Notes under the pieces: model-generated
Seen by the model: the letters and a program-made list of their open reading frames with translations, nothing else
Told to the model about the DNA's origin: nothing
Database searches by the model: none
Position numbers and translations under genes: made by a program
NCBI GenBank assembly: GCA_051313645.2
Contig: JBNRSN020000007.1
Location: 253,084,001-253,148,000, forward strand
Reading direction: 5' to 3'
Source of the DNA: Centroscyllium fabricii
Lineage: Eukaryota
Length of the DNA: 64,000 nucleotides
Shown here: piece by piece, positions 13,922 through 25,200 of the stretch
Layout: every line of letters starts with the position of its first letter
Position numbering within the stretch: the stretch's first letter is position 1

Positions 13922-15320
13922 GTATGGAGCCCACGAGGAAAAGTTGCACCTTGATTGTTTAGCATGCTCCATAACCTTGTATTAAAGTGGAGCTTTGTTT
14001 TTTGGTCCTCCTGCAAGAGCTGCAGTTGTAGAATTAACACCAGAGGCATGATGAGCTGACTGGCCTCCTCTATGTGCTGTAAATTCAATGACTCTCGGGT
14101 GGAAGCATGGCTTGTTGTCCGTGTACCTATTTCTCCAAATTTCCCTCGAATGTTAGATTTTTAGTTCAGTTTCCAAAGATCTCTCCGACCAACAGAGTGG
14201 GCGGGATACTCTCTAAATTAACGAGGGGAAATGTTCTGCGCTTTAATTCCACATGCTAACTTTAAAAAAAAAAAAAAAATATGAACCATAATTTTGTCTA
14301 TTTGGTTAGTTACCGCTCCTGTTAATTCCAACCCAAATTTATTCACTTTGATGCATGAATATGTGTCTCGTATCACATTTCTTGGATCTTCTGCCACCAT
14401 GTGAGTGTCTTGGGACGGTATTTCTCATATCCTTCTCCTTCAGCTGTGTTGTCTTTTACAGCCGTTCATGTCAACATGAAAAATATCTTGAAAACATGTT
14501 TGAAATATGTGGTGGAGAGGGAGAAGCGGAGAGACGACGGAGCCATGTGCTTTCTCTTTTCAAGTTCTAAGCATCCAAAATTAAGATTAGAGAATGAATA
14601 CCAGAATAAATGATTTAAATAATTTTGTAATCTGATTACAACTGATGTATTATTGAGCACATTTATTCAAACTTAAAATAACACAGAAATGTGTGCTTAG
14701 TAGGATACTTTCTGAAACAACTATTTACAATATGGTGGTTTTTTAATAAGGCTAAAATGTTGGTTCACCTCTTAAGATCTAGGTTTGACTTCAGCCGCTG
14801 CCTAGGATGAAAGTTTCCTATTTTTGCTCACGCTAAAGGTCGTAAATGAAATGCTTGGGCAGTGTCAATCCAAATCTTGGGCATGAGTCACGCCTGAAAA
14901 TCAGCCAAGCATTCACTCTGGTTCAGTGCAGGGAGATGCTGCTTTGAGGCTTGAGTTAAGAACCCCCTGTTAACTGTCCCAGTTTACTCCATTCATGGCT
15001 GATGGGACGGGCTGGAGAAGCGTATCCAGGTCACAGCAATGTCTCTGTATAACTGCTCGGAGAATTGCCACTCGTGGCTTTTTTTCCTCCTCCTTGCTTC
15101 CCCCCCCCTTCTCCCAAAGCAAGCACATGGGCTCTGCCCAGCTACTGTCCTGTACCTTATAGCGGAGACCACCATGTGGCAATAATGGATGCAAATCTGT
15201 GCCATAAGGTTGGGTTTTCTTTGAGCATCCATGAATGACCTTTTTTATTCAGTTTCAACCTCCTCAATGCTTTTTAGATGTGAAATGTGTTGGAATTGAA
15301 ACTTGTGATGTCTTGTGCAG

Positions 15321-15426
15321 GTGAGTTTACGCCTGAAATGCAGCTTCGGCTACGTCAAGAAATGGAGAAGGAAAAGAAAGTGGAGCTGTGGAAAGAGAAC
15401 TTCTTTGAAGATTATTATGGGCAGAA
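15321..15426 (+). CDS. ASXL1: ASXL1 internal coding exon (end of DEUBAD)
   Basis: tcttgtgcag acceptor, encodes (G)[34 protein letters not shown](K), donor GTAAGC; 106 nt. Confidence 0.95.
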
Positions 15427-15569
15427 GTAAGCATGACTTTCTCACCAAATATATCCAGACATGTGAAGATGTAGAAATTAGTTTCTGAAATTGATTTACT
15501 AACTGGTCAATTTTAGAAGTTGAAGAAAAATATTTATTTTGTTGTACTGCTCACAACAAAAGAGAGGGA

Positions 15570-15910
15570 TCCCTGCTCTGTCTGAGGCACCATTCGTTTT
15601 GGTAAGACGGCAAACCGAGGCCCCTTCTGATCTCTTGGGTGAATGTCAAAGATCCTATGACACTATTTGGCCAAGAGCATGGAAGTTCTCCCAGTATCCT
15701 AACCAATATTTATCCCTCAACCACATCACAAAAAAAAACCACTGATTGGGTCATTATCTCATTGCAGTTTGTAGTTCCTTCTTGTGCGAAAATTGGCTGC
15801 TGCATTTCCTACATTACACTAGTGACTACATTTCAAAAGTACTTGATTGGCTGTAAAGCACTTTGGGGTGTCATGAGGTCGTGAAAGGCGCTATGTAAAT
15901 GCAAGTTTGT
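15570..15910 (+). mobile_element. DeuSINE (AmnSINE1/SacSINE1-like)
   Basis: AAACCGAGGCCCC...CAATATTTATCCCTCAA...AAATTGGCTGC...GTGAAAGGCGCTATGTAAATGCAAG; homologous to 39604-39915. Confidence 0.75.
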
Positions 15911-17912
15911 TCTTAAGGCACAAATAGCTGTTCTTCTGCTTCGCTTTGTATGTTTGAGTTTACATCAAAGTACCCTCCATGGAGGAAAATTCATCACGAA
16001 GTTACGATCGAAGGAACATAACTGTAAAAGCAGTAGTAAATCTTGGCTAGTCTGCTTTCATAAAGTCTCCTTCGAGCAAACCGAGAATTAAGTGCCATCT
16101 CCAGAGATTCAGCGCTGCCATTTTTACACCCCGTACACACAATTGTTAAGGTGCTTGCAGGTGTGTTGAAAGCCCCTCCTTTGGTGTATTGCAAGTGAGC
16201 ATGACTTCGTATTATGCTCTCTCTTCAGCCTTCGACCAACCAGTGGATTTTGTTTTTGCTTGCCAAAAGCTGCACTCCTAATAAATTTCCTGTAAAGGGA
16301 AAAGTTTAAGATGCTCTTTTGAGAAATGATAATTTAAGCAGCTATTGGTATTAAAGATGGATATTTTCAAATCCATATAATGGACCGCTACAGGAAGTTT
16401 GTGCTTTTACCTGTGAAGGGATAGGCAAGTGCTGTCTGTATAAAGCACAAGCCTATCTTTCACCTTGAGTTTCTCACTGTCTGATGCTGATGGCTATATA
16501 TCTGCACCCTCTACTTGATGATGGATCCTCCAGGAGCCAATCTTACAGATGGTGAAAGCATTTTCTGATGAGGTTCTTGAGGCTCCTGCAGTTTATATGC
16601 TTGTATGACAATCTTGTATGCGTATCTCCCTTAATATCATCTACTGAGAATGCAACCTGTTATTTGTTGAGATTTCAAAAACTCCGGATTCTCTTGGGTC
16701 TGAAAGAATGTTATCAAAAGGATTTTGTTCCTTGTGACATTTAAACAGACAGTAAACCCACACTTTGTCCAAAGAATGATTTGATTTTTCGATCAACTGC
16801 ATATCACAAGATGACAACTGCTTAACTGGACTGGGTGGGGGCTGTTGTCTATTACCTGGGTTGACTGTGTAAGGGCTTTATGAAGGTTTCTGCAGAGCAG
16901 CTGTGACCGAGTAATCTATAGTCTAAAAAGAGTAGTAAGCCTGAGGATTGGGAGGATTTAAGAATTCAGCAAAGGAGGGCCAAGATTTGGTAAAGAAAGG
17001 GAAAATAGAATATGAGAGTAAACTAGCAAGAGACATAAAACAGACTAAAAGCTTGTATAAGTATGTAAACAGGAAAAGATTAGCGAAAGTAAACGTGAGA
17101 CCCTTACAGGCTGAGACAGGAGAAATTACAATGGGGAATAAGGAAATGGCAGGGGAATACTTTGTCTTCACAGGAGACGATGCAAAAAACCTTCCCGGAA
17201 ATAGTGGAGAGCCAAGGTTCTAGCGAGAATGAGGAACTGAAAGAAATTAGTATTAGTAAAAAAAAAAATTGTACTGGAGAAATTAATGGGACTGAAAGCT
17301 GATAAATCCCCTGGACCTGATGGCCAACATCCCAGAGTTTTGAAAGAGGTGGCTATAGAGATAGTGGATGCATTAGTTGTCATCATCCAAAATTCAATAG
17401 ATTCTAGAATGGTTCCTGCAGATTGGAAGGTAGCAAATGTGTCCCCACTATTTAAGAAAGGAGGGAGAGAGAAAAAGGGGAACCACAGACCAGTTAGCCT
17501 GACATCAGTAGTAGGGAAAATGCTAGAATCTATTAAGGACACAGTAACAGGGCACTTATAAAATAATAGGATTGGGCAGAGTCAACATGGGTTTAATAAA
17601 GGGAAGTCATGTTTGACAAATCTGTTGGGAGTTTTTTGAGGTTGTAACTTGCAGAATAGATAAGGGGGAACCAGTAGCTATGGGGTATTTGGATTTTCAG
17701 AAGGCATTCATTAAGGTGCCATGTAGGAGGTTATTGAACAAAATTAGGGGTTATGAGATTGGAGGTAACAGACAGAAGACAGAGATTAAGAATAAATGGG
17801 TCATTTTCGGGTTGGCAGGCTGTAACTTGTGGGTTACCGCAAGGATCACTGCTTGGGCTTCAGCTATTCACAATCTATATCGATGATTTGGATGAGGAGA
17901 CCAAATGTAATA

Positions 17913-18289
17913 CAGGTTGAACACCGTTAATCCGGCACGGGTGGGACCAGGCCCGCGCCGGTACAGTGAAAAAGCCGGAAGAATGAAGCCGTCCAGTGTG
18001 CGGACCATTCAAAATGGCCGCGTGCATGCGCAGAACATTGGAAATGGCCGCCGCAAAATTTTGAATGATCTGCGCATGCGCCGGCGAGCGCATGCACAGA
18101 TCATGCGAAATGGCCACCGCAAAGTTTTGAATGGTCTGCGCATGCGCTCGCCATTCGGCGTCACATGCGCAGATCATTCGCCGAAGCATCAATCGCGGCG
18201 GCCATTTCGCGCAGGGCAGTTGGGGCAATTTATGCTGGACGACTGAAGTTGCCGGCTTTTCGGTTACCGGATTAATGGTCTTCAACCTA
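17913..18289. mobile_element. Tigger-like MITE, copy 3
   Basis: CAGGTTGAACACCGTTAATCCGG / CCGGATTAATGGTCTTCAACCTA, inserted at a TA within CR1. Confidence 0.85.
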
Positions 18290-18821
18290 TATATCCAAGT
18301 TTGCTGATGATACAAAGCTAGGTGGGAATTAGGAACTAGAAGCTAGGATGTAAAGAGGCTTCAAGGGGATGTAGACAGGCTAGGTGAGTGGGCAAGGACA
18401 TGACAAATGGAATATAATATGGAGAAACGTAGAGTTATCCACTTTGGTAGGAAAATAGAACAGAGTATTTTTTAAATAGTGAGCGATTGGGAAATGTTGG
18501 TGTTCAAAGGGACCTGGGTGTCCTCGTACACGAATCACTGGAAGTTAACATAAAGGTACAGCAAGCAATTGGGAAAGCAAATGGTATGTTGGCCTTTATT
18601 GGAAGAGGATTTGAGAATAAGAGTAAAGACATCTTACTGCAATTATATAGGGCCCATGTGAGACTACACCTGTAGTATTGTGTACAGTTTTGGTCTCCTC
18701 ACCTAAGGAAGGATATACTTGCCATAGAGGGAGTGCAACGAAGGTTCACCAGACTGATTCCTAGGATGGGGGGATTGTCTTATGAGGAGAGATTGAATAG
18801 ACTTGGCCTATATTATCTAGT

Positions 18822-19500
18822 AAGAAGTCACACAACACCAGGTTATAGAATCATAGAATCCCTACAGTGCAGATAGAGGCCATTTCGGCCCATCGAGCCT
18901 GCACCGACACACATCCCACCCTATCCCCGTAACTCCACATATTCCCACCCTATCCCCGTAACCCCACATATTTAATCCCCCTAACACTAAGGGTCAATTT
19001 ATCATGGCCAATCAACCTAACCCGCACATCTTTGGACTGTGGGAGGAAACCGGAGCACCCGGAGGAAACCCACGCAGACACGGGGAGAATGTGCAAACGC
19101 GAGGCCGGATTTGAACCCGGGCCCCTAGCACTGTGAGGCAACAGTGCTAACCACTATGCCACCGTCCAACAGTTTTATTTGAAATCTCAAGCTTTCGGAG
19201 CGCTGCTCCTTCCTCAGGTGAAGTGACGAGATTCACATAACACCTCAGCTGAGAGACATCAAAGGTGTTCTAACATATCAGTCAGCCTGAGATCAAAGGG
19301 TGCAGTCACAAAGAGTCAAATGTTACAGTCTGCTGTCTGTGAAAATCCCACAGAATGATTAAAAAAAAAAAAAGGATTTTTCTTACTGAAAATCGCAGAA
19401 CAAGCCAAAGATGATTCGAGTCTGGATGACTCTACGTCAGGCGGGGTCACATGTAGCGCGACATAAATCCAATATCACGGTTGAGGCCGTGCTCATGGGT
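18822..19500 (-). mobile_element. Penelope-like element 3' fragment (family A) with hammerhead motif
   Basis: Minus strand 19497-19447 encodes HEHGLNRDIGFMSRYM*, a Penelope GIY-YIG-type C-terminus. Hammerhead core CTGAGGA..GAAAGCTT at 19185-19221; split by a V-SINE. Confidence 0.8.
18846..19164 (-). mobile_element. V-SINE (HE1-like) with short tail
   Basis: Same head and V-domain as the 8843 copy; tail GGGCCGAAATGGCCTCTATCTGCACTGTAGGGATTCTATGATTCTA. Confidence 0.88.
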
Positions 19501-21454
19501 TTCTCTGGAGTTTAGAAGAATGAGTTCAGGTGATCTCATTGAAACATACAAAATTCTTACAGGGCTTGACAGGGTAGATGCAGGGAGGATGTTTCCCCTG
19601 GCTGGGGAGTCTAGAACCAGGGGTCACAGTCTCAGAATAAGGGGTCGGCCAATTAGGACTGAGATTTCTTCACACAGAAGGTGGTGAATCTTTGGAATTT
19701 TCTACCCCAGAGGGCTGTGGAGGCTCAATCATTGTGTATATTCAAGACAGAGATCGATAGATTTTTGGATATTAAGGGAATCAAGGGATATGGGGATAGT
19801 GCAGGAAAGTGAAGATGAGGTAGAAGATCAGCCATGAACTTAGGGAATGGTGGAGCAGACTCGAGGGACGGAATGGCCTACTACTCCTCCTAGTTCTTAT
19901 GTTCTTGTGTTCATTTAAGCATCAGTGCTCAGACCGAACTATCTATTAAGAAAAATGAACACAACTTGAACTTCCCTTGATTTCAGGAATGCCAGTCGCC
20001 CCACCTCCCTGTGAGTTAGTATTGCGGCTGAATTATAGATGATGTGTAGAGTGGCTACCAAAGCAGAAAAGTAGATTGCCCCTCCTAGAAGTGACGAGTC
20101 ATATTAAAAAATAAAAAATTCTAAACTGCATAATCCCAGTACTGCGTACTGATTTGTGATGGTTGCTTCAGTATATTCAGATATATTTCTGTCACATTAT
20201 CTTTTGTCAGAATCTCTGTGCATAACCACTTAATGCACAATAGGGTAAGTGTTGCGACACTGCGCTCCCAGGATGGAACCTCACTTGATGGGAGTGCAGA
20301 TCGAATAATTGGGCGTGCAGATCAGCATGCCCGATTCACTGGTTCCTTCCGTTCTTTGCTTTGTAAAACGTTTGGGGCCAGTTTTCAGTATTAGAGCAAA
20401 TTTTGCAAATTGACTTTTATGCATGCTTAATGTGTGTCCATGTCACACAGCAAGTCATGCTGACTTCTGTACGCGATCTTCTGATATATATCCCTGTCAA
20501 GCAAGGCTTCATGCACCCTGCTTCAGTTACTTTAAGCATCACTTATTAGTGAATTTTACCCCACTTTCAACCTTGATGCTTTTAGACATAAAATGAAAGA
20601 ATCTCTGAAATATTTTATAAGAAGTTTTATAAAATGCACTACCCTCTGACCCAAGTTCCTATCAAACTAGACTCTCTATTGGGAAGGTAGCTTTGCAAAA
20701 ATGTATCAATATGTTCCAAATTGATATTTGTTTCTTGCCCCTAATGTGTGCCCATTTCATAGCAACATCATAGACTTAAATCAATCTACCAGCTCAAGTT
20801 CACTAACCTAGGAAGGGAGGTCAGGCATGTGAGTAGGTAAGCCAGTTTCACGATCCACTTTTTGGCTTGTTTCTGTGTGCAGTTTTGGCTCACGTTATGC
20901 TTGTCCTAGCATGGTGCTACTGTGAGTCAGAGCACCTACTAGTCATCCAGATTGTGTGTGATTTATCCCTGCTGTTTTTAATGCAGCTTCATGCTGCTGA
21001 AAATAAATTTAGCACAAAACCCATAATATAACCTCGTTGCATATGGTTTGCGCACCTAAAAGTGCATAGTCTACCCATTTTGCAAAACTGTAAGTAAGTG
21101 AGCTACACTCTCTACCAATGACTATCGATTAAAATTTGTTTTTATCTAACTTCAGTTCAATCGTGTCTTTCGTAAATTGATTAAAAATGGCTCTTGTTAA
21201 AAAGTCCCATTTTTCTATCGAATCTTTGCCTCCTGTCCAACGATGTTCACGAACGCATCAAATAGACTTGGCTTAAACTGCAGAAGTTATCTCCTTTCAG
21301 GGTAGAGGTAGCGCAGATGGAATAAAATCCGATTAATGGAATCCAAACTGAACATAAAATCTAAATAAGGAAAATTGAACTTTAACATTGTAAGATATTG
21401 CTGTACAATGCAATCCAGTATGTCTGAGTATATTTGTTTTGGTTATGTTGACAG

Positions 21455-22205
21455 ACTGGGCTTGTCTAAAGAAGAATCAGAACAGCAGACATCAGTACAA
21501 GTGGAAATAGAAAATGAAGCCAGTTCACCTGTATTAGCAGGACCATCTAAACAACCCAGTCCGGTTAAAAAGCAGGATGAGAGACTAAGGAAATGCACTA
21601 GAAGTTCAAAGGTGGACCTCAAATGTAGAGTGAAGCGGACTCTTATTAAGGAAAGAAAGACTGAACTTCCTGAACAAAGTGAGCAAACAGTTCCGTGCAC
21701 TGTTTCTTCTCAAGATACCAGGAGCCAGAAACAACACAATCACGAGGCCAAGGTGTTTCAGGCTGTTAGCTGTGCAGATGACGATCAAATTAGTTTAATT
21801 AACAATGAAGCTAGACCTGAACAGCTAGAAGAAATTCTTCCAAATAAATCTGCCTTAAACTCCAAACCTATATTGCTCACAGAAAGACCTGCAGGAATAC
21901 AATCTCCAGAACATACCAAATCTGATGGCCGTTTAGAATTGACTGATGTGCAACCCGCTGGAATATCCAAGGATCAGGTCACCTGTCTTACTATAAAGAG
22001 CGCTGTTTTGAAAAGTGAGTTAGAGCACAATTCTGGAGAGTCCAAAGACCAAAAGAGAAAGTCTTCCGAGTACAGTGCCTCCACCTCTGGCCCCGAGAAG
22101 AAGCCACGTCTTGAAGATCATCAGTCCTTTCGGACCGCAATTGATAGCTTTCGGACAGAAAAGGAACATCCTACAAAAGAAGAGCCAAAGGTGCCACCTA
22201 TTAGG
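21455..22205 (+). CDS. ASXL1: ASXL1 penultimate coding exon
   Basis: gttgacag acceptor, encodes (K)LGLSKEES...KDQKRKS...[14 protein letters not shown]...[12 protein letters not shown], donor GTATG; 751 nt, ends in phase 0. Part of ORF 21375..22421. Confidence 0.95.
22125..22133 (+). other. ASXL1: Putative +1 programmed ribosomal frameshift site UCC_UUU_CGG
   Basis: In-frame TCC TTT CGG within EDHQSFR, at the position of the ASXL1 UCC_UUU_CGU motif (influenza PA-X type), followed by a long open +1 frame. Confidence 0.75.
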
Positions 22206-25200
22206 GTATGTGCATTTAAAAATGTTGAATCATTACTTGGAAAGCAAATTTTGGTTTCCCGGAATTTGCGGTCAGCGGCGAAGCAAAGGCGTTCGCCGCT
22301 GGCCCCGAAGTATGCTTCGCGCAAAGATCTCGCGATCTTTGTGGCGAGAAGTTCGGCTTTTTGGATGCATAATTCAAATCGACGGAAGTTAATGGGGATT
22401 CCCAGCGAAGAGCTGCTGTGATGTCAACAAACTGTCTAAGCGGCCAATCAAAACGCAGCATTCTCAGACGGCAAACCAGGAAGTGGGTAACCTCCTAAAA
22501 TTCTAACTTTAATAATGTTGGAGAGAACAGGGAAAAGGCAAACCTGAAATAAAGAGGAACAAACTAAGTTTCTTAATTAGAATTTTTATTAAAATGGATA
22601 AATTTGACACTGCACAAAATTAAAATTAGTTTTTCAGGACCATAACCTCTGTTTTGCAATCAAAACGCTGTTAAAACCCCAGTTACACCTAATCGCTTTG
22701 GGTCTAACTTTTAATGGGGTATTTAACAGCGTAATTACTGTGGAAGAGCCGAGGTTTTCGTCCGTTACCATGATTTGAGTGATTTCACTCGGGGGTGGCT
22801 GGGGGAGCACAGCGCAGTCTGTGAGGAGCAGTGAATGACAGACCGCCACTTCAGGATTTCCGCATTAGGCTGTGCATTTGCTAAATCCTGAAGTTGTGGT
22901 CAGTTTCAAAGGTGAAGTGACAGCGAACGCTGCCAGTTCGCCGGCATTAGGACTGCAAATTCTGGACCACTGTTTTTAGATGGAGATTTAAAGCAATTTG
23001 GGATAGTAGCAATGCTGCTTTGTCTTTCTGCGTTAAAGTTTAGTCTAGGAAATGCCATGGTCTACTAGCCAAACCTTGCTTGCCAAAAATGCATTCTTCC
23101 CCTTTCCTACTTCCCTGTGCCAAATAAGAACTTAATTCCTCAATTCTTAAAATGTACAACCCAGTTTTTAAGTTGAGATTTTCTTAAACGTTTCTTCTTT
23201 CCTTTGTCGGTTGTCCCAGAATCTCTTGTATATGTAGTAACCAATAATGGCAAGGAATACTTAAAAAAAATAATCATCATTTTCTGGCATTGTTCACTGA
23301 ACTGAAGTCTATTTTTGCCTTGAGTTATTGCCGAATTTGTGCTCCTCGAGATGACCGTTGAAACAGTTTTGCGGTCAGTGGTGTTCCCAGGTGAGGTACG
23401 GTACAGGTTAGGTGCCAGGTAAAACTCCTATTTCATTTTCCCACAGCTATGCTAGTGTCCCCTGAGTTGGATTATCAGTTTAGTAACTAGCTAATACGGA
23501 ATTATGAGCAGTCCTTTTACTGTGAATTTGCAATTATGACCTGGAGTGACGCTATTTAGACATTTGCAGTCGTTAGGTATCATTATGTTGGCAAGTTTAC
23601 ACTTAAAGTTATGCACTTGACCGTGTACATGTCAACAGTAGCCTGCATTGTACGAGTAAATCTAGGTGAATGGTTTTTTGTGTGTGGGGGATTCCCTGCA
23701 ACTGTTGCCCTCCCTGGGGTCCCATCCCTAATCTCAGGGGGGACCTGATTGAGGTGTACAAAATTATGAGGGGCATAGATAGGGTAGATAGAAAGGAACT
23801 TTTTCCCTTAGTAGAGGGGTCAATAACAAGGGGGCATAGTTTCAAGGTAAGGGGCAGGAGGTTTAGAGGGGATTTGAGGAAGAACCTTTTCACCCAGAGG
23901 GTGGTTGGAATCTGGAACTCACTGCCTGAAAGGGTGGTAGAGGCAGGAACCCTCACAACATTCAAGAAGCATTTAGATGAGCACGTGAAATGCCGTAGCA
24001 TTCAAGGCTACGAACCAAATGCAGAAAAATGGGATTAGAATAGACCGGGCTTGATGGCCGGCGTGGACGCAATGGGCCGAAGGGCCTCTTTGTGTGCTTT
24101 ATAACTCTGAGAGATACGACTCTGAAAGATACTATCAGCAAGCCAATAGAAAACAGTACCATCATTGCAGAAAGCATTTTTATTGTTATTCAGCAATGGA
24201 AATAACATGCTGGTAAGTCTGCGCACATTGAAAATGCCAGAATTCTGGAGACATTATGCTTCAAGCGCTTGGTTTGCGTGGTCCCAGGCAAATCTGCTGA
24301 ATCCAGATTGAAAACCCATCATCTAGGAAATTCAAAAGGAAAGACATTTTTGGTTCTGAGTCCGAATGTTGGAGGTCCAAGCCCCGCTGTGAACTTGAGT
24401 ACACAAGTACACTGATGTTCCAGTGTAGTAATGAGAGTGCGCTGTCTTTTAGATGAGATGTCCCTGTTGCTTGTTTTGGTGGTTCAGGTAGACCTAAAAG
24501 ATCCCATGATGATACTTAACAAAAGAGCAGAGTTTTCTCCTGGTGTCCTGACCAACGTTCCTCCCTCTGCCAACAGAACCTTAAAAAAAAAATCAAAGGT
24601 CATTCATGTGCTGTTTGTGGTACCTTGGGTTGAAATTGTTCAGTTTGCCAACATAACAAAGTTGTTAAGTGCTTTAGAAACGCAGAGGATAGGAGCAGGA
24701 GTAGGCCATTCGGCCCTTCAAGCCTGCTCTGCCATTTTGATGAGATCACGGCTGATCATCCAAACCCAGCACCCCCTCCCACCCTCTCCCCATATCGCCC
24801 GACACCCCCAGCTCTAAGAATTATTATCTCACACACATACTCATAGGCAATTTTTAGTATCTCCAATTCACCTAACCTGCGTGTCTTTGGTGCTGCTAAG
24901 GATCTGATAAGGTGCTGCATAAATGCAAGTTCTTGCTATCTGGAGCTGGTTTTGTAGTTACCTTGGGTTGTACTGTTGTTGTTTTATTTAGAACAGGAAG
25001 TCTTCCTTTTTATTCCTGCTTTTCTGTTGATGTATATTCTGTTGGTAAACCGCAGTAGCATGGAGAGAGCAGACATCTGTACTTTTGTTCCTGAGTGTAA
25101 ACTACAGGAACATACAGGGATATTAAATTGCAGCTTGCCAGTGATAAAATGAGTTTTGTTTGCGCGTAAAATGTGACTTTGTTTTGAGGAGACGCCTCCA

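Larger units (their letters stand above)
16925..19912 (+). mobile_element. Long CR1 LINE fragment with nested insertions
   Basis: KSPGPDG, DWKVANVSPLFKKG, YLDFQKAF, RDLGVLVH, DLIETYKIL peptides; interrupted by a MITE and a Penelope-like element. Confidence 0.9.

Noticed and set aside
14760-14900. Weak resemblance to LF-SINE
   Set aside because: Too degenerate to call by eye; needs a profile-HMM search.
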